NCBI GenBank assembly: GCA_963767735.1
Contig: CAVYES010000006.1
Coordinates: forward strand, 192,001 to 256,000
Reading direction: 5' to 3'
From: Candidatus Bathyarchaeota archaeon
Lineage (GTDB): Archaea > Thermoproteota > Bathyarchaeia > Bathyarchaeales > Bathycorpusculaceae
DNA length: 64,000 nt
A program made the translations under genes and the position numbers. The notes under the pieces are model-generated. The model ran no database searches, had not been told where the DNA came from, and saw nothing but the letters and a program-made list of their open reading frames with translations. This document shows, piece after piece, positions 42,174 to 52,797 of the stretch (its first letter is position 1; every line of letters begins with the position of its first letter).

Positions 42174-42299
42174 TTTTCTGCTTCACAGCTTCCTATTTAT
42201 TCTTCAAAAAAGAGATGCATGAAGCGCTTAAACATTTCGCATTTTTTGCCTAAAATGGAAACGAATAAAAATTTGGTAAATAAATAATTTAGTCCTCTT

Positions 42300-43341
42300 T
42301 TATTCCGCTTTCGTGGTTTCAGTAGGCCAGTATTTTGGTTGAATGGCTGCATTTTCTAGCAATGATGGGAACAAGTTTAGAGGCCATGAAGGAGGCATTT
42401 TTGTCAAGTACAACAATACCGTTTCAAGCCCGTTTATTCTTCTAATTTTCTCGTTAGCCTCAAACAACTTGTCGAAATCTTCTAGTGCAACTGCACAGTA
42501 CAAGTCATAAGATCCTATAAGCCTTATAATCACTATCAAGTTTGGAATTTGAAGCAGTTGAGAGTATATTTCTGGCATTTTGCTTCGGTTTGAAACTCTG
42601 ATGTATATGTTGGCAAGAGCTTTGTATCCGAGTTTATTCAGGTTAAGAGTTATTGTAGAAAGAGTTAACAGGTTTCCTCGAAGTTTCTTGTATCTTTGAA
42701 TTACCGTCTTAGTGGATATGTCTAGTTGCAAAGCAATTTTTTTAAAAGGAACGCGTGATTTTTCTGAAAGAATTTTCGCGATTTTTCTGTCTATTTCATC
42801 GATTTGTAATGACGGCTTTATCCAAATTAGTCAAATTAGGATTACGGCTGATTGGACTATCATTTCCTTCTAACTGTTTGATGATTAAGTTTTGAGGAAA
42901 TTCTATGTTTACCGCTTCTGCCCAGATTAAAGCATCAACATGTTTGATGATGCTGTTCGACTCTAAATCTTCAATTATCTCATGTAACTTGTTAAGGTCT
43001 CTTAAGGCTACTTTTCCAAAGAAGTTATAGTTGCCAAATGGGCCTATCAACCCAGCGATGTACGGTTTGCTTTCAAGCAACTTAGCAACTTCTTTTTCGT
43101 TTTCAACAGAGGTTATTATGCCTAAATCAACGATATGGCGATATCCCAAGCAATGAGGGTTAATGAGCATTTTTTCGCCGTTAATTATTTCTTTTTTCCA
43201 CAATTGTTTATAACGCATTGTGACTGCAGTTACTGTAATTTTGCATTCTTTGGCAATATCAGTAAAACTAGTGCGAGATTCAGATAAGAGTATCTTCAAA
43301 ATTTTTGCGTCAATTGCATCAATTTTTACCCGATCTGCCAA
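42300..43341 (-). CDS. Tandem two-unit Lrp/AsnC regulator, frameshift near 42800
   Basis: IDAIDAKILKILLSESRTSFTDIA; second unit IDRKIAKILSEKSRVPFKKIA..L.IS..TV..RY in another frame. Confidence 0.8.
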
Positions 43342-43609
43342 AATCGTTACCCTTTAGACCTTGAAATCTGAGTAGAAAACATCATGGCATTTTATATATA
43401 TTTCTCATTCAAAATCTATCAAAGAATTCCCGTATTAGCCTCTTTATTTTTCTATTTTATTTTTTTGTTTCTTAAATTGGAAAAACGGCGGTTCCCAGTA
43501 AAACGATGTTCAGCTTATTGAGTATTTGTTGTAGGCTTAAGCCTGTGACAATTAAAAAAATGACATTTTTTCTCATAATTAAGCTATATTTTGAATAGAT
43601 AGGCATAAC

Positions 43610-43617
43610 TTTATAAA
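43610..43617 (+). promoter_or_regulatory. TATA box of the large surface protein gene
   Basis: TTTATAAA about 25-30 nt upstream of the ATG at 43639. Confidence 0.5.
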
Positions 43618-43638
43618 TAAAATTCATTTAAATGTTAT

Positions 43639-46452
43639 ATGCAACTTATAAGGAGAAAAAGAAAAATGCAAATTGCAAAACATAAAACTGCAGCAATTGC
43701 GATTGCTATATTCTTAACATTTTCCATGATAGCTTCAATGGAGCTAGTGCCAATAACTAGTGCCAGTGCACAACAAGCAGATAACCTACCAACATATGCC
43801 TACATTAGTGCGGCACCAAACCCGGCTGGTGTCGGTCAATCGGTGCTCGTCATCATGTGGTTAACCAACGTCTTTTCTATAGACTCAACGTTGGCAAACG
43901 ACTACAGGTTCCACAACTATGAACTCACCATTACATCACCTAGCGGCGCAACAACGACAACAACGTTTTCTATTGTCCAAGACCCTACATCGGACCAAGA
44001 CTATACCTTCACTCCTAGCGTGGCTGGCACATACACTTTGAACTTTACTTTCCCAGGACAACCATACGACGAATATGCCCATGACACAACTTACATCAAC
44101 CCGCTTTTCGGTCCCCCAGCCGTGCCTGAACCATACTTTAACGACACTTATCTTCCCAGCAGCGCACAAACAACCCTCACTGTCCTGTCAACACCAGTAC
44201 CTGCATATCCAACGACTCCGCTTCCAACTGCATACTGGACTCGCCCGATATACGGTTATAACTCTAACTGGTACACAGTTTCGTCAAACTGGCTAGGTTC
44301 AGGTGCACCCGTTGAATCTTGCGTAGGTTCAGGTGCCATCGGTGCCTTCGGAGCAAACGGTGTCTTTACTGGTGCAGGCCTCAATAGATATCCAGGTGAT
44401 GCTGTAGGTTCTTTAACCAGTCACATCATGTGGACAAAGCCGCTTGACCAAGGAGGCATAGTCGGAGGAAGCAATTTCCAAGTTGCAGGAGATAGTTACT
44501 TCGAAGGTTCCGCATACGTTCAACGATACACCAATCCGATAATAATGGATGGAATACTCTACTATCAAGCACCGCTAGGATACGATTACCCTGCTGGATT
44601 AGGTACATCTGGCGGATCGGGCGGTGGAACTTACGCCGTTAATCTGCAAACAGGACAGCAAATTTGGGAAAACAGTGCAATACCTGCTGGAGCACTATCA
44701 TTTGGTTACATCTATGACGCTCAAAACCCCAACCAAAAAGGAGTTGAACAGCCAGTTCTATTCACATCCAACTTTGCCCAAGCTTATGATGCATGGACAG
44801 GACAGTATCTGTTCAACGTTACCAACATCCCAAGCGGTGGTCCCATAACTATGGGTCCAAACGGTGAAACATTAGACTACATCATTGCAAACGGACAGCT
44901 GGCTGAATGGAATTCATCGAACCTTTGGAACTGGAACATAGTTGTCGGCGGAGGTTCACCAGCTCCTGCCACAAGCACTTTCAGCGTTACAACATCCAAT
45001 GAGCCATTTGCTCCAGGTTTCACCACAACTACCTATACCAACACGGTCAATGGCGGCGTTGGCAGTATGTACGATTCTATAGGACCTAACGGGGCGCAAA
45101 ACGCTACGTTACCAACAGGCCTCCCCGCTTCATTTACTCAAATTGCAGCCTTCTACGGAAATATGATACTTTGCGAAAGTGGCGTTCTGCCTAATACCGA
45201 AATTACCGTTCTAAACAGCGCTATCACTTCCGCGCCATACGAATACTTTGCGCTCAATCTCAACTCATCAAGAGGTGCAGTAGGTTCATTAATGTGGACA
45301 AACGTAGTTGACGCGCCACCAGGCAACTTGACTGTCTTAGAAGGTCCGGTTGATCCAGCGACAGGCGTCTTTATTGAAGGTTGGCAGCAAACTATGCAAT
45401 GGGTAGGATACAACCTGTACACAGGCGCGAAGATATGGGGTCCAACTCCATCCCAAGCACCACTTGACTACTATGGCAACCCAATCACACCCCTGATACA
45501 AGGACAATGTGCATACGGTAATCTCTACAGCATGGGATACGCAGGAATAATGTACTGTTATGATGATAAAACTGGAAAACTACTGTGGACCTACGGTAAC
45601 GGTGGCGAAGGCAACAGCACCTATGCCGGTCCCAACTCGCCTTTCGGTGATTATCCGACATTCATAAATTGCGTTGGTAACGGAGTCATATACGTAATTG
45701 CTTCCGAGCACACTATCAACACCCCGATTTACAAGGGAGCTTTAGCACGCGCTATTAACGCTACAAACGGACAAGAAATCTGGACGCTCTCTGATTACAC
45801 TGGCGAATTCTCAGCTATGAGTTACGCTATGGCAGACGGCTACAATACATGGTTCAACGGATATGACAGCTCAATCTACGTAGTCGGCCAAGGACCAAGC
45901 CAAACCACAATACAAGCGCCCCTGACTGCTGTTACAGAAGGCAGCAAAGCAGTTATACAAGGTAGCGTGATGGACATTTCCGCTGGCACGAAGCAAAACG
46001 AACAGGCAGCTGACTTTCCAAATGGCGTTCCATGCGCATCTGACGCTAGCATGACTCAGTGGATGGCATACGTTTACCAGCAACAACCACTACCAACTAA
46101 TTTCACAGGCGTAACAGTAACGTTAACCGCTATCGATCCGAACCACAATTTCGTCACTCTCGGCACTGCTACAACCAATCAATACGGCGTATTCGACCTC
46201 ACTTGGACTGCTCCAAGCGTTCCAGGCACCTACTCTATCACCGCAACATTCGCTGGCAACAACGGATACTATGGATCAAGCGCATATACTGGCATGGTAG
46301 TATCAGCAGCAGCAGCCACTCCAGCACCAACAGCCGTACCCCCCGCATCGAATACTAACACTTACGTTTTAGGCGCAGCAATCGCAATAATAATAGTGAT
46401 AATCATAATCGGCGCAGTTTTAGCGCTGCTAATGGTTCGAAAACGACCATAA
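43639..46452 (+). CDS. Large secreted, membrane-anchored protein with Ig-like domains and a divergent PQQ-like propeller
   Basis: Signal peptide; PNPAGVGQ..V; YAVNLQTGQQIW and CYDDKTGKLLW blades; PGTYSITATFAG; TM helix and RKRP tail. Confidence 0.8.
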   Translation: MQLIRRKRKMQIAKHKTAAIAIAIFLTFSMIASMELVPITSASAQQADNLPTYAYISAAPNPAGVGQSVLVIMWLTNVFSIDSTLANDYRFHNYELTITSPSGATTTTTFSIVQDPTSDQDYTFTPSVAGTYTLNFTFPGQPYDEYAHDTTYINPLFGPPAVPEPYFNDTYLPSSAQTTLTVLSTPVPAYPTTPLPTAYWTRPIYGYNSNWYTVSSNWLGSGAPVESCVGSGAIGAFGANGVFTGAGLNRYPGDAVGSLTSHIMWTKPLDQGGIVGGSNFQVAGDSYFEGSAYVQRYTNPIIMDGILYYQAPLGYDYPAGLGTSGGSGGGTYAVNLQTGQQIWENSAIPAGALSFGYIYDAQNPNQKGVEQPVLFTSNFAQAYDAWTGQYLFNVTNIPSGGPITMGPNGETLDYIIANGQLAEWNSSNLWNWNIVVGGGSPAPATSTFSVTTSNEPFAPGFTTTTYTNTVNGGVGSMYDSIGPNGAQNATLPTGLPASFTQIAAFYGNMILCESGVLPNTEITVLNSAITSAPYEYFALNLNSSRGAVGSLMWTNVVDAPPGNLTVLEGPVDPATGVFIEGWQQTMQWVGYNLYTGAKIWGPTPSQAPLDYYGNPITPLIQGQCAYGNLYSMGYAGIMYCYDDKTGKLLWTYGNGGEGNSTYAGPNSPFGDYPTFINCVGNGVIYVIASEHTINTPIYKGALARAINATNGQEIWTLSDYTGEFSAMSYAMADGYNTWFNGYDSSIYVVGQGPSQTTIQAPLTAVTEGSKAVIQGSVMDISAGTKQNEQAADFPNGVPCASDASMTQWMAYVYQQQPLPTNFTGVTVTLTAIDPNHNFVTLGTATTNQYGVFDLTWTAPSVPGTYSITATFAGNNGYYGSSAYTGMVVSAAAATPAPTAVPPASNTNTYVLGAAIAIIIVIIIIGAVLALLMVRKRP

Positions 46453-46459
46453 ACCCAGT

Positions 46460-46493
46460 AAGGGAAAAAACAAATTTCCCCTTTTATTTTTTT
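46460..46493 (+). terminator. Hairpin plus T-tract terminator
   Basis: AAGGGAAA...TTTCCCCTT followed by TTATTTTTTT just after the stop. Confidence 0.55.
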
Positions 46494-46570
46494 GTTAATT
46501 TCTAAATGAGAACTTTTTTCAAATTATTTAAATCTTAAAATGCACCTATTCGCAATGCTTACTCGAAAGA

Positions 46571-47401
46571 ATGAGGAGTAAACAGTTGCAACAGGACCCA
46601 ACGCTTAAGGAAAAAATTCACCAAGCAAACGTTTCCGTTCACCAGCATGAAGCACGATACTATGAACTGCTCCATCCAGAAGTATACGGTAAACAAGAGC
46701 AGAAAAGAATAGTTGCAGAGCTAGAACTGATTAACAAAATTGTGACAGATAACCAAAAAAACGCTCTTGATGTCGGAGCAGGCACCGGCAACTTAACAGG
46801 CAAACTTTTGCACATGGGCTATAAAGTTACCGCCGTAGACATCTCCGCAGAAATGTGTGCCATCCTCCAAACAAAATACAACGTTTACTTGAAAAATAAC
46901 AAATTAACTATAATCAACAAACCAATAGAAAATCTGGCTTTTGATGCTAGAGAATTTGACTTAATAACCTGCTACTCTGTGCTTCATCATCTTCCTGATT
47001 ACGTCAACTCCCTCAGAAGCCTCTCAGTTCTGCTAAAGAAAGGCGGCGTAATCTACATTGACCACGAAGCCTCCCCCTTTTATTGGAAAACTGAACCAAC
47101 CAGCTTATCCAACCTAATCAAAAGCACCTATTTTCATTCGAACCCCGTATTAAACAGCGTATACTTCCAAATTATTGGGCTAAAAGTTCCCTCAATCGAC
47201 TATTCCCTATCGGATTACTGGCACAAAAAAGAACACTCACTGGATCACAAAAGCATAGATGCAGTATTCAAAAAAGAAAAATATGAATTCTCAAAACGCA
47301 CGGACTATTACCAAAACAGCACCTGGATTCCGAATCCTCTATCCATAATTTATCGTCTCGTTTGCAAGCCTGAAATGAGTTATTGGATAGCCAAAAAATA
47401 A
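46571..47401 (+). CDS. Class I SAM-dependent methyltransferase
   Basis: ALDVGAGTG, VTAVDIS, FDLITCYSVLHH, LKKGG. Confidence 0.88.
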   Translation: MRSKQLQQDPTLKEKIHQANVSVHQHEARYYELLHPEVYGKQEQKRIVAELELINKIVTDNQKNALDVGAGTGNLTGKLLHMGYKVTAVDISAEMCAILQTKYNVYLKNNKLTIINKPIENLAFDAREFDLITCYSVLHHLPDYVNSLRSLSVLLKKGGVIYIDHEASPFYWKTEPTSLSNLIKSTYFHSNPVLNSVYFQIIGLKVPSIDYSLSDYWHKKEHSLDHKSIDAVFKKEKYEFSKRTDYYQNSTWIPNPLSIIYRLVCKPEMSYWIAKK

Positions 47402-48778
47402 TCAAGCAATTCCTACGGTTTTTTGTGCGTTGGGATTTAATCTCCTTTTTGCAAAGTTCACAACGCCTTCACGCCTAATTCTCTTCATTATCTGCTTTGG
47501 TGACCTGTGAAATTCTTTGAAAAATCTTCTTTGAATCGCCATAAGCGAGTTATAGTCAAATTCGTCAGTTTTTACGCTTAGCAAAAACTCGTCAAGACGG
47601 ACGTAATTTTTCGACTCCAAAACTTCTTGGTAGAGCTTGCTGTCTGGATTAGCAATAAAAATGTTGAATAGACACCAGTCAGGATTTAGTTTTTTAGCGA
47701 ATTTTAACGAGGTTTCCATGTCCTTTAACGTTTCATCTGGAACGCCGAGCATGAATGAGCACGCAGTTTTTATTCCGTTTTTGCTGCAAAGTTTGAACGC
47801 GCTTTCTATCTGCTCAAGCGTGGTATTTCTGCCGATCCGCTGTAAAATTTTCTGTGAACCTGATTCAACTCCAAACCAAATGGTTTTGCAACCAGCTTCC
47901 CTCATTTTTTCTAAAAGTTCTTGATCTACCAAATCCACACGTGTATCGCAGACCCATTCTAAATCCATCTTGTTTTTTATCATGAGATTGCATAATTCAA
48001 TTGTTTCTTTTTTTCTAATAGTAAAGTTGTCATTGATAAAGTAAAGACCCTTTGTGCCATATTTGCTTTGTAAATCTTGGATTTCGTCAATAACTCTCTG
48101 CGGACTGAAGGCGCGGCAAATGTTTCCCCACAGTTTCTTTGTTTCGCAAAAACCACAGCTAAATACGCATCCACGTGAGATGCTCATGACATCGGCGGGT
48201 TTAACGCTCAAATACTCTATAGTTCTATCGTAGAGTTCAAGCGGCAATAAGTGCCTTGCTGGATAAGGGATTTCGTCAAGGTTTTCGATAAATTTTGGTG
48301 GATTTTTGATGTTTTTTCCTTTGCGTCTGCATGCAACGCCTGGGATAGTTGCGGCAGCAGACTCATTGTTGTTAGTGATGCATGTTGCGAGTTGTGTTAT
48401 GGCTCTCTCGCCTTCACCCATAACCACATAATCGATTTCTGGGTTCGCCAGTAAACTATCAGGCACATAGGAAGCGTGCCAACCACCAACAACTATTCTG
48501 CAGTTAGGCAGGGCTTCTTTGATGGCCCTCGCGGTCTCTACACATCGCGCATAGGTGGCTGAGCCACATGTAATGCCTACAATTTGCGGGTTAAGGTTTG
48601 TGACTAACTGCTTGATTTCACCGATTGATTTTTTCATGAGATAGTTGTCGAGCATTTGCACTTCGAAACCTGCTTTTTCGAGTGCGGCGGCAACGTACAT
48701 TAAGCCTATCGGAGGCAACCGTTTGCCAAGATACCATGCGCCGTTTTCGGGCGGAGCAGTAGTCATTAAGAGAATCAA
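47402..48778 (-). CDS. B12-binding radical SAM protein (class B)
   Basis: PPIGLMYVAA, GGWHAS, GEGE, SRGCVFSCGFC, GVESGS. Confidence 0.92.
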   Translation of the reverse strand: MILLMTTAPPENGAWYLGKRLPPIGLMYVAAALEKAGFEVQMLDNYLMKKSIGEIKQLVTNLNPQIVGITCGSATYARCVETARAIKEALPNCRIVVGGWHASYVPDSLLANPEIDYVVMGEGERAITQLATCITNNNESAAATIPGVACRRKGKNIKNPPKFIENLDEIPYPARHLLPLELYDRTIEYLSVKPADVMSISRGCVFSCGFCETKKLWGNICRAFSPQRVIDEIQDLQSKYGTKGLYFINDNFTIRKKETIELCNLMIKNKMDLEWVCDTRVDLVDQELLEKMREAGCKTIWFGVESGSQKILQRIGRNTTLEQIESAFKLCSKNGIKTACSFMLGVPDETLKDMETSLKFAKKLNPDWCLFNIFIANPDSKLYQEVLESKNYVRLDEFLLSVKTDEFDYNSLMAIQRRFFKEFHRSPKQIMKRIRREGVVNFAKRRLNPNAQKTVGIA

Positions 48779-49020
48779 TTGAGGATTTTCTCCTGTTTGC
48801 AGAATTGTTTGTTCCGTAGTTTATTGTGCACGTTTTGTCTCTCTGTGAACGTTTGCTTATTTTGATTAATTGCGAGTTTATAGGTTTAACTGAACTTGGT
48901 GATGATGCATGTTTCTTTTGTGTTTTGCTGTTTTTGAGATTAACCTCTTCGTGGGGAATGGGTTAAAGAAAAGGTTTATAGCCCTTTCAAGTGCCTTTTC
49001 CAGAAGGATGAGGTTTCAAA

Positions 49021-49737
49021 ATGAAAGTTGTTGTCCACTGGAGTGGGGGCAAAGAATGCGGCTTAGCTTACCACAAAGTTATCAAACAGGGACATCAGGT
49101 TGCTTATCTTCTCACCTTTGAGTATATGAAACCGTATGTTTTTCACAGTTTTCCAATGATGGAACTCCAATCCCAAACTTTGGGGACTCCCTTGAAGCGG
49201 GTTAGAATCAAAAAAGCATACGAGGACATCCTCAAAACTTTGACAACGTTACATGACGAAGAAGGAATCGAAGGCATCGTAACGGGCGACATAGTTGGAG
49301 CAGGATGCGCAGTTGTCCACTCCAGCTACTACGAGAGCATGTGCAAACAGTTAGGCATGGCTTTTATGATGCCTTTAGAAAACCCTTCAGGAGACACTTA
49401 TGATGTGTTGAAAGAAGTGGTTCAGACCGGCTTAAGACCAGTGTTAAACTGCATTAATACTAATTTCTTTGGTGAAGAATGGTTGGGGCGAGCCATAGAC
49501 AGCAACTCTATCAAAGAACTAAAAGAGTTAGCCGACGAAAAAAACATAGATGTTTCCAGCGAAGACGGACAAGGCTACCACAGCACAGTTGTCGACGCTC
49601 CGCTTTTCAAAGAATCCATCGGAATAGGCAAATTCAATAAGAAAACCAAGAAGGAAAAGTCGAAGAATTGGAAGAGAAATTGGCTGTATATGGACATCAA
49701 AGAAGCATATTTAAAACCCAAAGAAACACCCAAATGA
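49021..49737 (+). CDS. DUF71/diphthamide-synthase-like PP-loop protein, divergent
   Basis: WSGGKEC, GIVTGDI, WLGR, YHSTVVDAPLF. Confidence 0.82.
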   Translation: MKVVVHWSGGKECGLAYHKVIKQGHQVAYLLTFEYMKPYVFHSFPMMELQSQTLGTPLKRVRIKKAYEDILKTLTTLHDEEGIEGIVTGDIVGAGCAVVHSSYYESMCKQLGMAFMMPLENPSGDTYDVLKEVVQTGLRPVLNCINTNFFGEEWLGRAIDSNSIKELKELADEKNIDVSSEDGQGYHSTVVDAPLFKESIGIGKFNKKTKKEKSKNWKRNWLYMDIKEAYLKPKETPK

Positions 49738-49888
49738 TCAGCAAATCAAAATCCTCATTATTTACTCCTAACTTTTCCCAGTTATCTCTGGTGATTCGCG
49801 CAGTTTGGGAAAAATCTAAATTTTGCATAAAGTAAATGAACCTGAACGCGCTTATGGGGTACAAAACTCTATTGTTTCAGGGAAGAAC

Positions 49889-51301
49889 ATGAAAACTCGC
49901 GTAACCCTTGTGAATCCACCCTACCCTGTCGGTTCCCATCAGCATCCACCTTTTATGCCCTTAGGTCTCGGGTACTTGGGTGCGGTGTTGTACAAGAATC
50001 ATTTTGAAGTTAACGTGATTGATTGTCAAGCGCAAAAACTCACTCATAAACAGTTTAGAGAAGAAATCGGTAAAGTCCAGCCTGACATCGTTGGAGTCAC
50101 CTCAACCACTCTCACATACAAGTCTGCCCTTCGAATAGTAAAAATCTGCAAAGAAGTTTGGCCAAACTGCATAACTGCAATCGGAGGTCCACATGTTACC
50201 TTCTGGGATGACCAGGCATTGCAAGAAGAGCCATCCTTAGATGTTGTTGTCAGACGGGAGGGCGAAAACACCATGTTGGAGCTTGCACAGCGAGTGGAGA
50301 GCGGTCAATCTTTCTTTGACCTTGTAGGTACTACTTGCAGGAAGGGTACAGAAGTAGTGAAGAACCCTGATCGACCTTTCTTGGAAGACCTCGACAGCTT
50401 GCCTTATCCAGCGCTTCATCTTTGGCAGCACACTGCGAATCTGCGGAAGTACGGAACGATACCTTATCCTGTGATGACCAGTCGAGGTTGCGTGTACTGG
50501 TGTAACTTCTGCACAGCCGTCAGAATGTTCGGCAGAAGGTACCGCATGAGAAGCCCCAAAAATGTGGTTGACGAGTTAGAGTTTCTCCACAAAAACTACT
50601 ATGCAAACCAGTTCACGTTCTACGACGATGCATTTACCGTGGATCAAGATAGAACGGCAAAAATATGCGATGAAATTCAGCGAAGAGGACTCAAAATCAA
50701 ATGGGACTGTGAAACCCGAGTAGACATGGTTAGTAAAGAGCTCTTCGTAAAAATGAGGGCGGCGGGCTGTATAGCTGTTTGGTTCGGTGTGGAATCAGGT
50801 TCAAAGAAAGTGTTAACCAGCATGGGCAAAGGCTTCTCGCTTACCCAAACTAGAAGAGCGTTTAAGTGGGCGAAAGAAGCAGGGTTAATGACGGTTGCAG
50901 GCGTTATTTTGGGTTTTCCTGGAGAAACAAAAGAAAGCGCTTGGGAAACAGTTCAGTTTGTAAAGGAATTGAACCCTAACGATGTCGGTTTCTACATAGC
51001 TACACCTTACCCCGGAACACCTATGTATGAAGAAGTCAAAGCTAACGGCTCCCTCAAAATAACTAACTTCGACAAATATGACACTGCGACACCAACCTTT
51101 GAGATTCCAAACATGACCATGCAAGAACTCACAGAAATTAGAGAACAAGCATTCCAAAGCTTCTACCTAAGCCCAGCCTACTTCGTCAGTGCGTTAGGCA
51201 TGTTCAGGCAAGGAAAAATGTGGGGTCTAGGCGCCACCCGTCTAATAATGGCGCATGCTCGAAGGGCAATCATTGCAAAAGCAAACAACCTGCTGAAGTA
51301 A
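49889..51301 (+). CDS. B12-binding radical SAM protein (class B)
   Basis: NPPYP..PLGLGYL, GGPHVT, SRGCVYWCNFC, GVESGS, TPYPGT. Confidence 0.92.
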   Translation: MKTRVTLVNPPYPVGSHQHPPFMPLGLGYLGAVLYKNHFEVNVIDCQAQKLTHKQFREEIGKVQPDIVGVTSTTLTYKSALRIVKICKEVWPNCITAIGGPHVTFWDDQALQEEPSLDVVVRREGENTMLELAQRVESGQSFFDLVGTTCRKGTEVVKNPDRPFLEDLDSLPYPALHLWQHTANLRKYGTIPYPVMTSRGCVYWCNFCTAVRMFGRRYRMRSPKNVVDELEFLHKNYYANQFTFYDDAFTVDQDRTAKICDEIQRRGLKIKWDCETRVDMVSKELFVKMRAAGCIAVWFGVESGSKKVLTSMGKGFSLTQTRRAFKWAKEAGLMTVAGVILGFPGETKESAWETVQFVKELNPNDVGFYIATPYPGTPMYEEVKANGSLKITNFDKYDTATPTFEIPNMTMQELTEIREQAFQSFYLSPAYFVSALGMFRQGKMWGLGATRLIMAHARRAIIAKANNLLK

Positions 51302-51329
51302 AAAGAGGGCGCAAGGAGAAAGCCAACCG

Positions 51330-52700
51330 TTGATTTTATTGATGACCACCGCTCCACCATTAAAGTCACCTTGGGGGATGGCGGGAAGACTGCCGCCGTT
51401 AGGCTTAGCCTATGTTGCTGCGGTCCTGGAGAAAAATGGCTTTCAAGTTGAAATTTACGATAATTACCTGCTTGAGAGACCCATTGAAGAAGTTAAATCG
51501 GAAATAAGAAAGCGGTCGCCCGAAATAGTTGGTATAACCTGTAATTCTTTGGCTTATGAACGCTGCATAGAGTTGGCCAAAGCAGTCAAGGCGGCCTGTC
51601 CGTCTTGTCGGGTGGTTGTTGGTGGTCCACATGCTTCGTATATGCCCCAAACTCTATTGGAGCACTCAGAAATAGATTTCGTAGTTATTGGCGAGGGCGA
51701 ACAGGCAATGGTTAAGCTTGCCTCTAGCATCATAAAAGGTGAACCAGCCGAGTCAGCAACATTAATTCCTGGTGTCGCATGTAAAATCGGCAGCGGGATA
51801 GTCAAGATTGCGCCTCAATTTATTAGCGATTTGGATTCGATTCCGTTTCCAGCTCGACATTTGTTGCCTATGCGAATGTATGATCGTGCGTTGAGCTATT
51901 TGACTGTTAAACCCGTTGACACCATGAGTGTACATCGCGGTTGCCCTTACAAATGTGCGTACTGTGAAACTAGAGAGCTTTGGGGGACAGCTTGCCGAGC
52001 GTTTTCACCTCAAAGAGTCATCGACGAAATAAAGCACATGACAAAAACCTTTGGCACTAAGGGCATCTATTTTGTAGGCGACAACTTTACCATAAACAAA
52101 AAACGCACCACCGAGATATGCCAACTAATCAAAAGCAACAAGATAGACCTGAAATGGACCTGCGAAACCAGAGCGGACCTAGTCTCCAAAGAATTGCTCT
52201 CTGAAATGAAATCTTCAGGCTGCCAAACCATGTTTTTCGGGGTCGAGTCAGGTTCGCCTAGAATTCAGCAGAAACTCAACAAAGGCATTGACCTGCAGGA
52301 GATCCCTCGCACTTTTGAGCTTTGCAGGCAAGTGGGCATACAGACTGCAACTTCTTTCATGCTCGGCATTCCTGGAGAAACAGTAGCTGACATGAATGCT
52401 ACCTTCGAGTTCGCGAAAAAGCTGAAGGCGGACTGGTGCATGTTCAACATTTACATTGCCTGTCCAGGCAGCGCATTGTATGATGAAGTGATTAGCCAAG
52501 GCCTCTACGACCAGTTGGATAATTATCTGGCAAGAGTCAAAACCAAAGAGTTCGATTATGATATGCTGGTGAAGATTCAGCGGGATTTCCAGCGGCAATG
52601 TCAAAAATCGTCGTCATCGAAGCTTATGCGGGTTGTCAAGCAGGAAGGCTTGGGCAGCGCAGTTAAGAAGAGTGCAAAAGTGGTTTTTCACCGCTCATAA
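51330..52700 (+). CDS. B12-binding radical SAM protein (class B)
   Basis: PPLGLAYVAA, GGPHAS, HRGCPYKCAYC, GVESGS. Confidence 0.92.
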   Translation: MILLMTTAPPLKSPWGMAGRLPPLGLAYVAAVLEKNGFQVEIYDNYLLERPIEEVKSEIRKRSPEIVGITCNSLAYERCIELAKAVKAACPSCRVVVGGPHASYMPQTLLEHSEIDFVVIGEGEQAMVKLASSIIKGEPAESATLIPGVACKIGSGIVKIAPQFISDLDSIPFPARHLLPMRMYDRALSYLTVKPVDTMSVHRGCPYKCAYCETRELWGTACRAFSPQRVIDEIKHMTKTFGTKGIYFVGDNFTINKKRTTEICQLIKSNKIDLKWTCETRADLVSKELLSEMKSSGCQTMFFGVESGSPRIQQKLNKGIDLQEIPRTFELCRQVGIQTATSFMLGIPGETVADMNATFEFAKKLKADWCMFNIYIACPGSALYDEVISQGLYDQLDNYLARVKTKEFDYDMLVKIQRDFQRQCQKSSSSKLMRVVKQEGLGSAVKKSAKVVFHRS

Positions 52701-52797
52701 TTGGAGTTTGATTACCTCAGGCGTGTTGACGGGGGCGGATTGCTTTTTACTTGTCAGAGTGAGGTGTTAATAGTGGAGCGAGGGGAGCTTGGTTTTG

